Assembly (NCBI GenBank): GCA_023142915.1
Contig: JAGLIO010000001.1
Span: 126-64,125, forward strand
Direction of reading: 5' to 3'
From: Candidatus Parcubacteria bacterium
GTDB taxonomy: Bacteria; Patescibacteriota; Patescibacteriia; Patescibacteriales; UBA12075
Length of the DNA stretch: 64,000 nucleotides
Shown here: positions 50,875-60,148 of the stretch, piece by piece
Position numbering within the stretch: position 1 is the stretch's first letter
Layout: every line of letters begins with the position of its first letter
Notes under the pieces: generated by a model
Told to the model about the DNA's origin: nothing
The model's input: the letters and a program-made list of their open reading frames with translations, nothing else
Database searches by the model: none
Program-made: the position numbers and the translations under genes

Positions 50875-51441
50875 TTAAAATTTCACTTTAACATTATCTC
50901 TTTCTTTTTTGTCATTTATTTCAAAATAATCCCTGGATTTGAAGCCAAGCATATTGCCGATTACATTGGTTGGAAAAATTTCAAGTTTTATATTAAAATC
51001 TCGGACATTGCCATTGTAAAATCTTCTTGACGCCTGAATTTTATTTTCCGTATCAGAAAGCTCGCGCTGCAATTCCAAAAAATTAGCATTGGCTTTTAAA
51101 TCAGGATAATTTTCGCTTAAAGCAAAAATTGATTTTAAAGTTGAGCTAAGCATGTTCTCAGCTTGCGCCTGAGCCTTTGCGTCTCCAGACTTTTGAGCGG
51201 CCATCGCGCTGGTTCTTGCTTTAGTTACTTTTTCAAAAGTTTCCTTTTCATGGCTCGCGTAGCCCTTTACTGTTTCAATTAAATTCGGAATCAAATCATA
51301 ACGGCGTTTTAACTGCACGTCAATATCGCTCCAGGCTTCATCAACCCGATTTTTTAAGCGAATCAGGCTATTATACATGCCAATAACGATTATCGCCAAA
51401 GCGCCAATCACTACTAACACAACTATTAATACTGTTGACAT
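50875..51441 (-). CDS. lemA: LemA family protein
   Basis: YNSL..AWSDIDVQLKRRYDLIPNL, ENYPDLKA, RRFYN; ATG at 51441. Confidence 0.95.
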   Translation of the reverse strand: MSTVLIVVLVVIGALAIIVIGMYNSLIRLKNRVDEAWSDIDVQLKRRYDLIPNLIETVKGYASHEKETFEKVTKARTSAMAAQKSGDAKAQAQAENMLSSTLKSIFALSENYPDLKANANFLELQRELSDTENKIQASRRFYNGNVRDFNIKLEIFPTNVIGNMLGFKSRDYFEINDKKERDNVKVKF

Positions 51442-51519
51442 ATTTTTTTCTAAACACGCATCACGCCGTCTTAACGCGAATAACACGCATTATAAATTAT
51501 TTTAATTAAAAATCAATTA

Positions 51520-52707
51520 TTAATCCGTAAGCCTGATTGCTTCTTCAATGCTGATATTTCCGCTATAAACATTTTGAAGCGCGGCCTGTCTTAATGTGGT
51601 CATCCCTTCTTTTATAGCCAAATTATTAATATGGTCATCGGACGGGCGCTGTAAAATCAATTCCTGAACCGGCTTGGTAACCAGCAATACTTCATGTATC
51701 CCCTGTCTGCCTTTCATGCCTTTGCCGCCGCACTTATCACAGCCCTCTGAATGATAAAATTTAATTCCTTGCGGAACGCCAAGCGTATCAATCAATTCCT
51801 TGAATGGACGATATTCTTTTTTACAATGCGGACAATTTGTTCTTGCCAGTCTTTGCGCTGAAACAAATTTTAACGCTGAAGACAGCAAAAACGGCTCAAT
51901 CCCCATATTGATTAAGCGAACAATTGCTCCGGCGGCATTATTAGTATGAATTGTCGCCAAAACCAAATGTCCGGTTACGGCGGCCTGCACGGCTATATTC
52001 GCTGTTTCTTTATCGCGAATCTCTCCTACCATTAAAACATCCGGGTCTTGCCTTAACAAATATTTTAAGCCATCAGCAAAAGTCAATCCTATGCTTGGGT
52101 TAATATTAGTCTGCCTAACCATATCTATTTTTCTTTCAACAGGATCTTCCAGGGTAACCAAACTTTTTTCAGGAACATTAAGTTTGCTTAATACTGTAAA
52201 AAGCGTTGTTGATTTTCCGCTGCCGTTAGGACCTGTAACCAAGATTAACCCGTATGGCTTTTTGGTAACTTTTTCCAGCGCGTCTGCTTGCTCCGCGTTA
52301 AACCCCAAATCATTATATTCTTTAAAAAACTTTTTACTCTCCAAAATACGCACAACTACGGTTTCTCCCTGGCTGGTTGGAAAAATGGATACGCGCAAAT
52401 CAACAAAACTTTCATTGAATTTAAATTTAATATTTCCTTCCTGAGGACGCGGCAAGCCGGTCGTTTCCATGTCCGCTAAAATTTTGATGCGCGCGAACAT
52501 AAATTCACTTAAATTTTTATCGCCTTCAAACACTGTCCTTAAAATCCCGTCAATGCGATAGCGAGCTATAATTCCATCTTTAAACGGCTGAATGTGAATA
52601 TCGCTTGCCCCTTCTTCCACTCCTTGGCGAAAAATATCATTTACCAATTTAATGATATCCACCTTATTTTCTTTTTTTTCTTTATTTTTTGAATTTGAAA
52701 AAGCCAT
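51520..52707 (-). CDS. GspE/PulE/PilB family assembly ATPase
   Basis: ASDIHI, RYRIDG, GPNGSGKSTT, EDPVE, LRQDPD..VGEIRD, CxxC..CxxC. Confidence 0.92.
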   Translation of the reverse strand: MAFSNSKNKEKKENKVDIIKLVNDIFRQGVEEGASDIHIQPFKDGIIARYRIDGILRTVFEGDKNLSEFMFARIKILADMETTGLPRPQEGNIKFKFNESFVDLRVSIFPTSQGETVVVRILESKKFFKEYNDLGFNAEQADALEKVTKKPYGLILVTGPNGSGKSTTLFTVLSKLNVPEKSLVTLEDPVERKIDMVRQTNINPSIGLTFADGLKYLLRQDPDVLMVGEIRDKETANIAVQAAVTGHLVLATIHTNNAAGAIVRLINMGIEPFLLSSALKFVSAQRLARTNCPHCKKEYRPFKELIDTLGVPQGIKFYHSEGCDKCGGKGMKGRQGIHEVLLVTKPVQELILQRPSDDHINNLAIKEGMTTLRQAALQNVYSGNISIEEAIRLTD

Positions 52708-52711
52708 AGTT

Positions 52712-53740
52712 TCAAGTTATTTTTTTAATAATTATATCAACTTCCCTCCCTCTGGCCTTAAGCGCGTATATTCCTGTTAATTCTCCTGCGATTTTTATAA
52801 TATCGCTTAAACTACCGCAAAAATCTAAATTTATTTTCGCCAAATTAAGCTTATCAGGAATGCTTATTTTTAAATTTTGAAAATCCGGCTTGCCTAAATT
52901 TCCTTTTAATCTTATTAATGTTACAGGCCCGTTAATCTCTTTTAATTCTACCATAAAATCACCTTTCTTGGCTAGTCTTTTTAAGGCTTCATTATCATCT
53001 TTATTTCTACCGACAATAATTAAAATTTTCTTGTTTTCTTTTTTACTTGATAAATGATTAGCCCAAAATACTCGTCCATATTTTAAAAGCTCAACATCGT
53101 TGTAATCGCATTCAGGCCAATACTCAAGCATTTTTCCCAATCTTTCGCTAAAACTAGAATCAGTCAAAAGACATCCGCCGGAGGGCATCGGATAGTCTTT
53201 TAATTTATACTTGCGCGCCAGCTCAATTTGCGCTTCCCTGGTTCTGCCTTGAATTCTTCCCAAAAGCCCTCTGATTAATATTTTATTTTTTTCAATTTCT
53301 GTTTCATCCAATAATTTCGCGGATAAAGGCCGCAACACTTCCACTCCTGACAAGTCTTTTACTTTTTCCAAAGCTTTTTTATTTTGTGAAAAAGGGCGCT
53401 GCCCCAAAACCTCGCCGGTAGCCACAAAATCAAAACCCTTGTCTTTAGCGATTGCGCCGGCTTTCTTTATCATCAGCGAATGGCAATCAATGCAAGGATT
53501 TAAATTTTTCCCATATCCAGAAAAGGGATTTTTCACCAAAGCCAGCATTTCTTCTTGGATGTCAATTACTTTTAAATCTATATCCAATTTTTTAGCGCTT
53601 TCTTTTGCTTTTTTAGCGTCATAAAAATTACTTTCAAAACAAACAGCTGTTACCGCTATTTTTTGAGCCTGCAGCATTTTAACGGCTAGAATTGAATCTA
53701 GTCCGCCTGAAAATAAAACCATGGCTTTTGTTTTTGGCAT
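52712..53740 (-). CDS. ThiI/MnmA-like tRNA thiouridylase family PP-loop protein
   Basis: SGGLDS, NPCIDCH, TGEVLGQRP.SQ, LRPLSA, GGCLLTD. Confidence 0.82.
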   Translation of the reverse strand: MPKTKAMVLFSGGLDSILAVKMLQAQKIAVTAVCFESNFYDAKKAKESAKKLDIDLKVIDIQEEMLALVKNPFSGYGKNLNPCIDCHSLMIKKAGAIAKDKGFDFVATGEVLGQRPFSQNKKALEKVKDLSGVEVLRPLSAKLLDETEIEKNKILIRGLLGRIQGRTREAQIELARKYKLKDYPMPSGGCLLTDSSFSERLGKMLEYWPECDYNDVELLKYGRVFWANHLSSKKENKKILIIVGRNKDDNEALKRLAKKGDFMVELKEINGPVTLIRLKGNLGKPDFQNLKISIPDKLNLAKINLDFCGSLSDIIKIAGELTGIYALKARGREVDIIIKKIT

Positions 53741-53896
53741 AAAAAATTCTTTAATATTAGCAAAACTTGAAAAAAATCACTAGCATGCTATTATAAATAA
53801 TAGAAAAATCATCCAAAACCCTGTTGTTCTTCGGAGCGCAGGGTTTTGTGATTAATTTTCTTGTAAAAAATAGCAAGCATGCAATTATTATGGCTC

Positions 53897-53933
53897 AAAT
53901 GTCCGATAAATGTCCGATAAATGTCCGATAAAT
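53897..53933. repeat. 11-bp tandem repeat x3 (AAATGTCCGAT)
   Basis: Three exact copies plus AAAT abutting the stop codon at 53934. Confidence 0.95.
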
Positions 53934-55277
53934 CTAAATCAATATATAATATCTACCTTTTTTTTCACCGACAGATCGAATAATACTTTTTTCTTCCATA
54001 TCTATTAAATCCCTATACGCTGTTTTTTCTGTTAAAGTTGTTTGAATGTTTCTATAATCTTTTAAAGTTATTTTTTTATGTTCCTTCAAAAATTGTATTG
54101 CTTTTTTTTGCCTCTCATTAAATTTTTCCACGTCTTCCTTTGAAATCCTGTATTTCCTAAATGTAATAACCAAACTGTCGGTGATATTTTCAAACAACGG
54201 CTCCGGCAAGCCATGCTTTAAACACTGTTCAATAATTCTATTCGTCCCCGTTCCCCATTCTTCTATAAATTTAATCAAAAAGAAACATTTGCCAATCAAA
54301 TGATTTCTTAGAACAGATTTATGTTTTTTCTTTAAATCTTTTATTGTCAGCGGCTTTGGCAAGGAACCGCAGCCCCACACCTCTACCCTGTCATCAAAAA
54401 TTCTAATTTGAATATGGCTGGATACTTCATAGTCTCTATGGCAAACAGCGTTAGTAATCGCTTCTCTAACAGCTTCAATCGGATATTCCCATTTTTCAAC
54501 TCTTTCAGTGTCAACAATTTTAGCATGAAGCTTAATATGTTCTTTGACAAATTCAACCGCGTCATTTCTTTGATTGATTATATTGCCTGAGAAAACTTTC
54601 ATATCAATAAATTCCAATGGTTCTATTCCCTTGAATTTAGCACACCTTGTTTCCGCTTGCAAAAAAAATTTTTGCGGATTTTTGCCAAATAGCAAAACTC
54701 CGGCATTAGTTAATTTCCCGTCTTTTATTAACTCTAATCTTTCCAACGCTTCCTTAATCGGAGTTTCCGGCTCAACATCAAAATTTCTTTCATACTTGGC
54801 TTTTCTTAAAAACCATTTTATCTTTTCTTCGTCAATATTATCTAAACTTGCTCCCGCGCAAATCTGATTATCCCATTTTATTTTGCCAATATCTTTTGCA
54901 AACGCAATAACTTCTTCCGGCGATAATGGCTTATTGTGGGATGAGATTCGCCTGTAGGCAATATTTTTAAAAGAGTGCAAATTGTCTGACTTCTTAACTT
55001 GGACAATAAAAATATTTTCGCCCTCAATTTCAGCAGATATAACTTCCGGATAAGTAGACGGTTTGCAACTATGCGCGATGTTGGCAATATCTCTTTCGTA
55101 CTTTTTGGGAACGCCGATAATTTTTCCGTTATCGCCAACCCCGACTAAAACAACTCCATTATTAGTATTGGCAAAAGAGCAAATTGATTTACCTAAACCA
55201 TCGTTTATTTTTGACTTAAATTCAACTTTTTGGCTTTCGCCTTCTTTTATTAAATTTTTTATTTTATTTTCATTCAT
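53934..55277 (-). CDS. AlbA_2/Schlafen - HATPase_c_4 - wHTH protein
   Basis: GESQKVEFKS..SFANTNNG.VLVGV, REAITNAVCHRDY, LRN, IEEWGTG, TAYRDL..G..KGRYY; ATG at 55277. Confidence 0.87.
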   Translation of the reverse strand: MNENKIKNLIKEGESQKVEFKSKINDGLGKSICSFANTNNGVVLVGVGDNGKIIGVPKKYERDIANIAHSCKPSTYPEVISAEIEGENIFIVQVKKSDNLHSFKNIAYRRISSHNKPLSPEEVIAFAKDIGKIKWDNQICAGASLDNIDEEKIKWFLRKAKYERNFDVEPETPIKEALERLELIKDGKLTNAGVLLFGKNPQKFFLQAETRCAKFKGIEPLEFIDMKVFSGNIINQRNDAVEFVKEHIKLHAKIVDTERVEKWEYPIEAVREAITNAVCHRDYEVSSHIQIRIFDDRVEVWGCGSLPKPLTIKDLKKKHKSVLRNHLIGKCFFLIKFIEEWGTGTNRIIEQCLKHGLPEPLFENITDSLVITFRKYRISKEDVEKFNERQKKAIQFLKEHKKITLKDYRNIQTTLTEKTAYRDLIDMEEKSIIRSVGEKKGRYYILI

Positions 55278-55311
55278 AATTTTTTTATCGCTCTGAAATT
55301 TATTGAATTGA

Positions 55312-58300
55312 TTATATTTTTTGTACGCATAAAAATAATATCCCGCCATCCAAATCTATTTCTTTTTGAATATCAATCTCATCATTTTTTTCATTTTTTA
55401 TCTCATCAGCCAAAACATCATCGCAAATATCTTTCTGATATTTTTTTATTGCCTTAATTATATCTTGATTTTCGCTTTGCCAAAATAAAACGATTCTATT
55501 GCTTATTGTTAAACCGGCATTCTTGCGCATACTGTTAATCGTTCTGACTATTTCTCTTTTTATGCCCTCTTGTTTTAATTCGGGTGTTAATTTTGTGTCT
55601 AATTCAACTTTTAACTCACTTTCTTTATCAGACGCATTGCAATGCGTCTCTACGGTTTTTACATTCAATTCATCTTTAATTAAATCTATATATTCTTTTT
55701 CTACTTTTAACTTTTCACTTTTAACTTTTAACTTACTAAGCGGTTGCCTTACTTTAATTCCCGTCTCGTCTCTTTTTGCCAATCCTAATTCCACGATTTT
55801 TCTAGTAGCCTCCATTTCCGCAATAATATTTTTATCAATTTTTCCTGCATTTGGCCATCCCTCTAAATGTACTGATTTATCTTTATTTTCAAAATTAAAC
55901 CCAGTAACTTTCTGCCAAACCTGCTCTGCAATAAACGGCATTACTGGCGCGATAATTTTTGAAAAATTCATCAAAACATGCTTTGTTGTTTTTAGGGCTT
56001 GCGCTTTATCATTCTCGTCGCCGCCTTTGAAACGATTTCGCGAACGGCGTATATACCAAGTTGATAAATCATTAATAAATTCAGATATCGGTCGTGTTGC
56101 TTTGGGCAAATTATATTTATCCATATTTTCCGATACTTCGCAAACTAGCTGATTTAATCTCGCAATAATCCATTTATCTAAAATATTATCACTCTGTACA
56201 GACGAAAAATTTTTCGTCTCTACTACATCGCCGGCAAATAATCCATAAAATTTACAAACATTCCATAAAAGCATTACGTTTTTCCGCAAACTTTCCTTAA
56301 CCCCATCTTCTGAAAAATTCAAGTTTTCAGCCAACATCACGGGAGAGGACAATAAATAATACCGCAAAGCGTCAGCGCTGTATTTTTCAAAAATATATGA
56401 CGGATCAGGATAATTTTGTAATTTTTTAGCCATTTTTTTACCGTCTTCGGCTAAAACAATACCGTTTACTATAACGTTTTTATAGGCGTGCTTTTCTTTA
56501 ATCCCATTAGAGATAACATGCAGATAATAAAACCAACATCTTGTCTGATCCACTCCTTCGGCAATAAATTCAGCTGGAAAATTCTTCTCAAACTTTTCTT
56601 TATTTTCAAAAGGATAATGCATTTGCGCGTAAGGCATTGACCCTGAATCAAACCAAGTATCCAAAACATCGGGAATCCTGCGCATTTCACCATCGCATTT
56701 TTCGCATTTGAATGTTATTTTATCAACAATGTGTTTATGTAAATCCGTAATTTTTTCATCATCAGCGCAAATCGCGCCAGAACAGGGCAGTGCCCTGTTC
56801 CTACGAGCATTTTCCAGTTCTTTCACAGATCCAAAAACTTCTAGCTTACCGCACTTTTCGCATTTCCAAATCGGCATTACGGATGCCCAAAATCTTTGCC
56901 TGCTAATTGACCAATCACGCGCGCCTTCAAGCCAATTTCCAAATCTGCCATCTTTAATATGAGCGGGCGACCAATTTATTTCTTTAGCTGTTTCCAGCAT
57001 TTTATCTTTAATCTTTAAAACATTTACAAACCACGAAGAAGTGGCATAATTTATCAATGGCATATCACAACGCCAACAATGCGGATAACTATGCTCAAAT
57101 TTTTTCTTAAAAAACAACAAATTATTATGAGCTAAATATTTTATTATTTCAATGTCTGTTTTTTGATGATCTCCGATTGGTTTAACATTCATGCCTTTAA
57201 AATCTTTTGCCTCATCTTTTATAATCCCGTCCATTCCAACATGCTGAATAAAAGGCAAATTATGCTCTTTACCTAAATTCATATCATCATCGCCAAACGC
57301 AGGCGCAATATGCACAACTCCTGTCCCCTCTTCTGTATTTACAAAATCAGCCCCATAAATTTTCCAGCCGTTTTCTCTATTTTCCAATTTTTCATCTTTT
57401 TCATAGTAATCAAAAATCGGCTTATATTTTTTACCAACTAAATCAATTCCTTTAACCGAAGAAATTTCAGCTCCATCAAATTTAATAGCTTCATGAACAT
57501 TTCGCTGTTTTAATGTATTAATTAAACAATCTTTTGCAATATAATAAAATTTATTATCAATTTTTATTTTTGCATAACTAATATCATGTCCAACAGCCAA
57601 AGCAACATTCCCAATCAATGTCCATGGCGTAGTTGTCCAAGCCAAAACATACGTGCCAGGTTCGTCTTCCAATTCAAACTTAGCAACAACCGACAAATCC
57701 TTAATATCCCGATATCCTTCCGCGACTTCCGATTGCGACAAAGTTGTTTCGCACCTAGGGCAAATATGCATTGAGCGATAGCCCTCGTAAATCAATCCTT
57801 TGTCATATAACTCTTTAAAAACCCACCAAACAGACTCCATAAAATCCAAATCCATTGTTTTGTAGCAATTTTCCATATCCGCCCATCTGCCAAGACGTTT
57901 AATTGTTTTTTTCCACTCATCAACATAATCTAAAACTTTTGAACGGCACATTTCGTTAAATTTCTCAACACCGATTTCTTCAATATCTTTTTTGCTTTTA
58001 GACCCCATTTCTTTTTCAACAATATTCTCAATCGGCAAACCATGGCAATCCCAGCCCCAGCGCCGTTCAACTCTGTATCCGCGCATTGTCCAATATCTTG
58101 GAATAACATCCTTCATAATGCTGCCGGCTAAATGACCGTAATGCGGGGTACCGGTCGCAAACGGAGGTCCGTCATAAAAAACATAATCACCATTAGGCGC
58201 CTCTCTTTCAACGGACTTTTCAAAAATTTTATTATTTTCCCAAAATTTCAAAACATCCTCCTCCATTAAGCTAAAAGGATTTTTTTTCACTTTATTTTCT

Positions 58301-58320
58301 GTATTTTTTTGTTTTTTCAT
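55312..58320 (-). CDS. ileS: Isoleucyl-tRNA synthetase (type 2)
   Basis: DGPPFATG.PHYGH, GWDCHGLP, WTTTPWTL, DWSISRQR, WFDSGSMP, EGVDQTR, KMAKK. Confidence 0.97.
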   Translation of the reverse strand: MKKQKNTENKVKKNPFSLMEEDVLKFWENNKIFEKSVEREAPNGDYVFYDGPPFATGTPHYGHLAGSIMKDVIPRYWTMRGYRVERRWGWDCHGLPIENIVEKEMGSKSKKDIEEIGVEKFNEMCRSKVLDYVDEWKKTIKRLGRWADMENCYKTMDLDFMESVWWVFKELYDKGLIYEGYRSMHICPRCETTLSQSEVAEGYRDIKDLSVVAKFELEDEPGTYVLAWTTTPWTLIGNVALAVGHDISYAKIKIDNKFYYIAKDCLINTLKQRNVHEAIKFDGAEISSVKGIDLVGKKYKPIFDYYEKDEKLENRENGWKIYGADFVNTEEGTGVVHIAPAFGDDDMNLGKEHNLPFIQHVGMDGIIKDEAKDFKGMNVKPIGDHQKTDIEIIKYLAHNNLLFFKKKFEHSYPHCWRCDMPLINYATSSWFVNVLKIKDKMLETAKEINWSPAHIKDGRFGNWLEGARDWSISRQRFWASVMPIWKCEKCGKLEVFGSVKELENARRNRALPCSGAICADDEKITDLHKHIVDKITFKCEKCDGEMRRIPDVLDTWFDSGSMPYAQMHYPFENKEKFEKNFPAEFIAEGVDQTRCWFYYLHVISNGIKEKHAYKNVIVNGIVLAEDGKKMAKKLQNYPDPSYIFEKYSADALRYYLLSSPVMLAENLNFSEDGVKESLRKNVMLLWNVCKFYGLFAGDVVETKNFSSVQSDNILDKWIIARLNQLVCEVSENMDKYNLPKATRPISEFINDLSTWYIRRSRNRFKGGDENDKAQALKTTKHVLMNFSKIIAPVMPFIAEQVWQKVTGFNFENKDKSVHLEGWPNAGKIDKNIIAEMEATRKIVELGLAKRDETGIKVRQPLSKLKVKSEKLKVEKEYIDLIKDELNVKTVETHCNASDKESELKVELDTKLTPELKQEGIKREIVRTINSMRKNAGLTISNRIVLFWQSENQDIIKAIKKYQKDICDDVLADEIKNEKNDEIDIQKEIDLDGGILFLCVQKI
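55630..55653 (-). repeat. Intragenic GTAG-type palindrome in ileS
   Basis: GTAG followed by perfect 20-bp palindrome AGACGCATTGCAATGCGTCT (VETHCNAS). Confidence 0.85.
55703..55734. repeat. Heptamer tandem repeat in ileS
   Basis: (ACTTTTA/C)x4; encodes KLKVKSEKLKV. Confidence 0.7.
56196..56223 (-). repeat. Intragenic GTAG-type palindrome in ileS
   Basis: GTAG-AGACGAAAAATTTTTCGTCT-GTAC (VETKNFSSV). Confidence 0.85.
56780..56804 (-). repeat. Intragenic GTAG-type palindrome in ileS
   Basis: GTAG-GAACAGGGCA-C-TGCCCTGTTC (RRNRALPCS). Confidence 0.85.
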
Positions 58321-58463
58321 TGGATGTTTTTTTAGTATTTTAATTTATTTATACCGATATTTTAGCCCAAATGGGCTTTGATGTCAAAAACTTTTTACTA
58401 ACATGCCATATAGCGACTTGATTTATATCTATCCCGTATTTACCTGACATTTCTTCGGGTATT

Positions 58464-59597
58464 TTATTTTATTGCCATATTAATTACATCAATAATTTTA
58501 TTCTCACACTCCGTCTTAATAACTTTTTTAATATTATTTTTTAATTTATTTCTTAAATTTTCGTCTTTTAAGATTTTTTTAATATTTTTTAATAAAATAT
58601 CGCCGTTCAGTCCTTTTTGATTTAAAACTATAGCAGCCTCTTCTTTAAAAAAAATTTCAGCGTTTTCTTCTTGATGCGAATCAGGCATGGGGATTAAGAT
58701 TGTTGGTTTGGCAACATAAGATAATTCAGTTAATGTTCCCATTCCTGCGCGGGAAATAATAATGTCTGCTGAGGCAAATACCTTAATCAAGCCAAAAGCA
58801 TCTAAAAATTCAAAAAATTTATATCCGGGATTTTTTTCCATTGCTTCCGCCATTTTTTTACTTGATTTATTTTTTCCTGTTATATGCAAAATCTGACAAA
58901 CTCTTGTTAATTTATCTATATTTTCCAAAATCAAATCATTAATCGCCCCAGCGCCTGTTCCTCCGCCCATAACAAGCAAAATCGGCTTGTCTGTCCGCAT
59001 GCCGATTTTTTGCACTGCCTCGCGCTTGCTTATTTTATTTTCAATAAATTCCTTGCGGATCGGATTGCCTGTTAAAACCGCTTTTTTCCCGTAATCCGCC
59101 AAAGATTTTTTAAAAGTTACTGATATTGTTTTTGCAAATGGCGCCATTAATTTATTAGCCAATCCCGGACGCGCGTCAAGCTGATGAATTAAAACAGGCA
59201 CGCGCAAAACCCAAGCAGCCCACGCAAGCGGCGCGCTCACAAACGAACCGGCGCTGATAATTAAATTTGGTTTTTCTTTTAAAATAATAAAAAAAGACTG
59301 CCAAAAACCCAAATAAATTTGAAAAAAATCCAAAACATTTTGCAATGACAAATAACGCCTTAATTTGCCTGCCGGTATGGACATAAACCGAATTCCGGAC
59401 GACTCAACTAATTGCCTTTCCGGCCCGTCTTTGGTGCCAATCCAGAGAAATTCAGGCTCCAAGAGCCTTTTAATGCTCTTGGAGCCTTGTTCGCGCTTCA
59501 ACAAATCAACCATAGCCAAAAGCGGCGTAACCGACCCGCCGGTACCGCCCCCGCTTAACATTATCTTGACATTTTTATTTTTTTGTGCTATGTTCAT
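58464..59597 (-). CDS. murG: Lipid I N-acetylglucosaminyltransferase MurG
   Basis: SGGGTGGSVTP, GKLRRY, PGLAN, GNPIR, GGGTGA, SRAG, HQEENA. Confidence 0.94.
   Translation of the reverse strand: MNIAQKNKNVKIMLSGGGTGGSVTPLLAMVDLLKREQGSKSIKRLLEPEFLWIGTKDGPERQLVESSGIRFMSIPAGKLRRYLSLQNVLDFFQIYLGFWQSFFIILKEKPNLIISAGSFVSAPLAWAAWVLRVPVLIHQLDARPGLANKLMAPFAKTISVTFKKSLADYGKKAVLTGNPIRKEFIENKISKREAVQKIGMRTDKPILLVMGGGTGAGAINDLILENIDKLTRVCQILHITGKNKSSKKMAEAMEKNPGYKFFEFLDAFGLIKVFASADIIISRAGMGTLTELSYVAKPTILIPMPDSHQEENAEIFFKEEAAIVLNQKGLNGDILLKNIKKILKDENLRNKLKNNIKKVIKTECENKIIDVINMAIK
59454..59487. repeat. Intragenic 13-bp-stem palindrome in murG
   Basis: AGGCTCCAAGAGC-cttttaat-GCTCTTGGAGCCT. Confidence 0.75.
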
Positions 59598-59643
59598 TTA
59601 TTAGATAATTCGCTGTTTAACAACTTTGAATAAAGAGAAAATT

Positions 59644-59769
59644 ATGAAAATAATGGATAAAATTAATTCATTTTTGGACAAATACTTTACTCCATTTATT
59701 TGGAATAAAATAAGAATATCGGCAGTTATTATTTTTATATGTGCTGTGTGTATTAGTAAAATTCTTTAA
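59644..59769 (+). CDS. 41-aa small membrane peptide (putative)
   Basis: MKIMDKINSFLDKYFTPFIWNKIRISAVIIFICAVCISKIL*, just upstream of the 92-aa ORF. Confidence 0.4.
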   Translation: MKIMDKINSFLDKYFTPFIWNKIRISAVIIFICAVCISKIL

Positions 59770-59783
59770 AAAAGGAGGAAACA

Positions 59784-60062
59784 ATGAAAATAAGTAACCC
59801 TATGCAAAAACTTCTTGTAATAATATCAATAGTTGTAATGGCTGGTCTGCTGATGTTAGTGTGCTGGCACATCAGTCCTAGAAACAAAGCAGAAATAAAT
59901 GAAAAAAAAGAAAAAGTTATAAAGGATGCGCAAGAACAAGCCGGCATACTTGAACGTATTGTTCCTACCGAAAATGGATATAAAGTGAGCGACGAAATTT
60001 ATCCTCCTCATCTAACTTTTATTTTGTTAGACGAAAAATTGAAAAGAATTGAAAAAAAATAA
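59784..60062 (+). CDS. Small single-TM protein (orphan)
   Basis: AAGGAGG SD, N-terminal TM, own terminator. Confidence 0.72.
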   Translation: MKISNPMQKLLVIISIVVMAGLLMLVCWHISPRNKAEINEKKEKVIKDAQEQAGILERIVPTENGYKVSDEIYPPHLTFILLDEKLKRIEKK

Positions 60063-60079
60063 AAAAATATTTTTTTTCC

Positions 60080-60109
60080 AAGCCGGGACAGAAGTGTTCC
60101 GGCTTTTTT
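60080..60109 (+). terminator. Intrinsic terminator
   Basis: AAGCCGGGAC-agaagt-GTTCCGGCTTTTTT. Confidence 0.78.
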
Positions 60110-60148
60110 ATTATCACCGCCCAGGCATGATGCATTAATTTATAATCC

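Noticed and set aside
51445-51490. ACACGCAT repeat upstream of lemA
   Set aside because: Only two 8-bp copies; too weak to assign a function
56425-56445. KMAKK instead of KMSKS in IleRS as a sign of inactivation
   Set aside because: Type 2 IleRS enzymes vary in this motif and the key lysines remain
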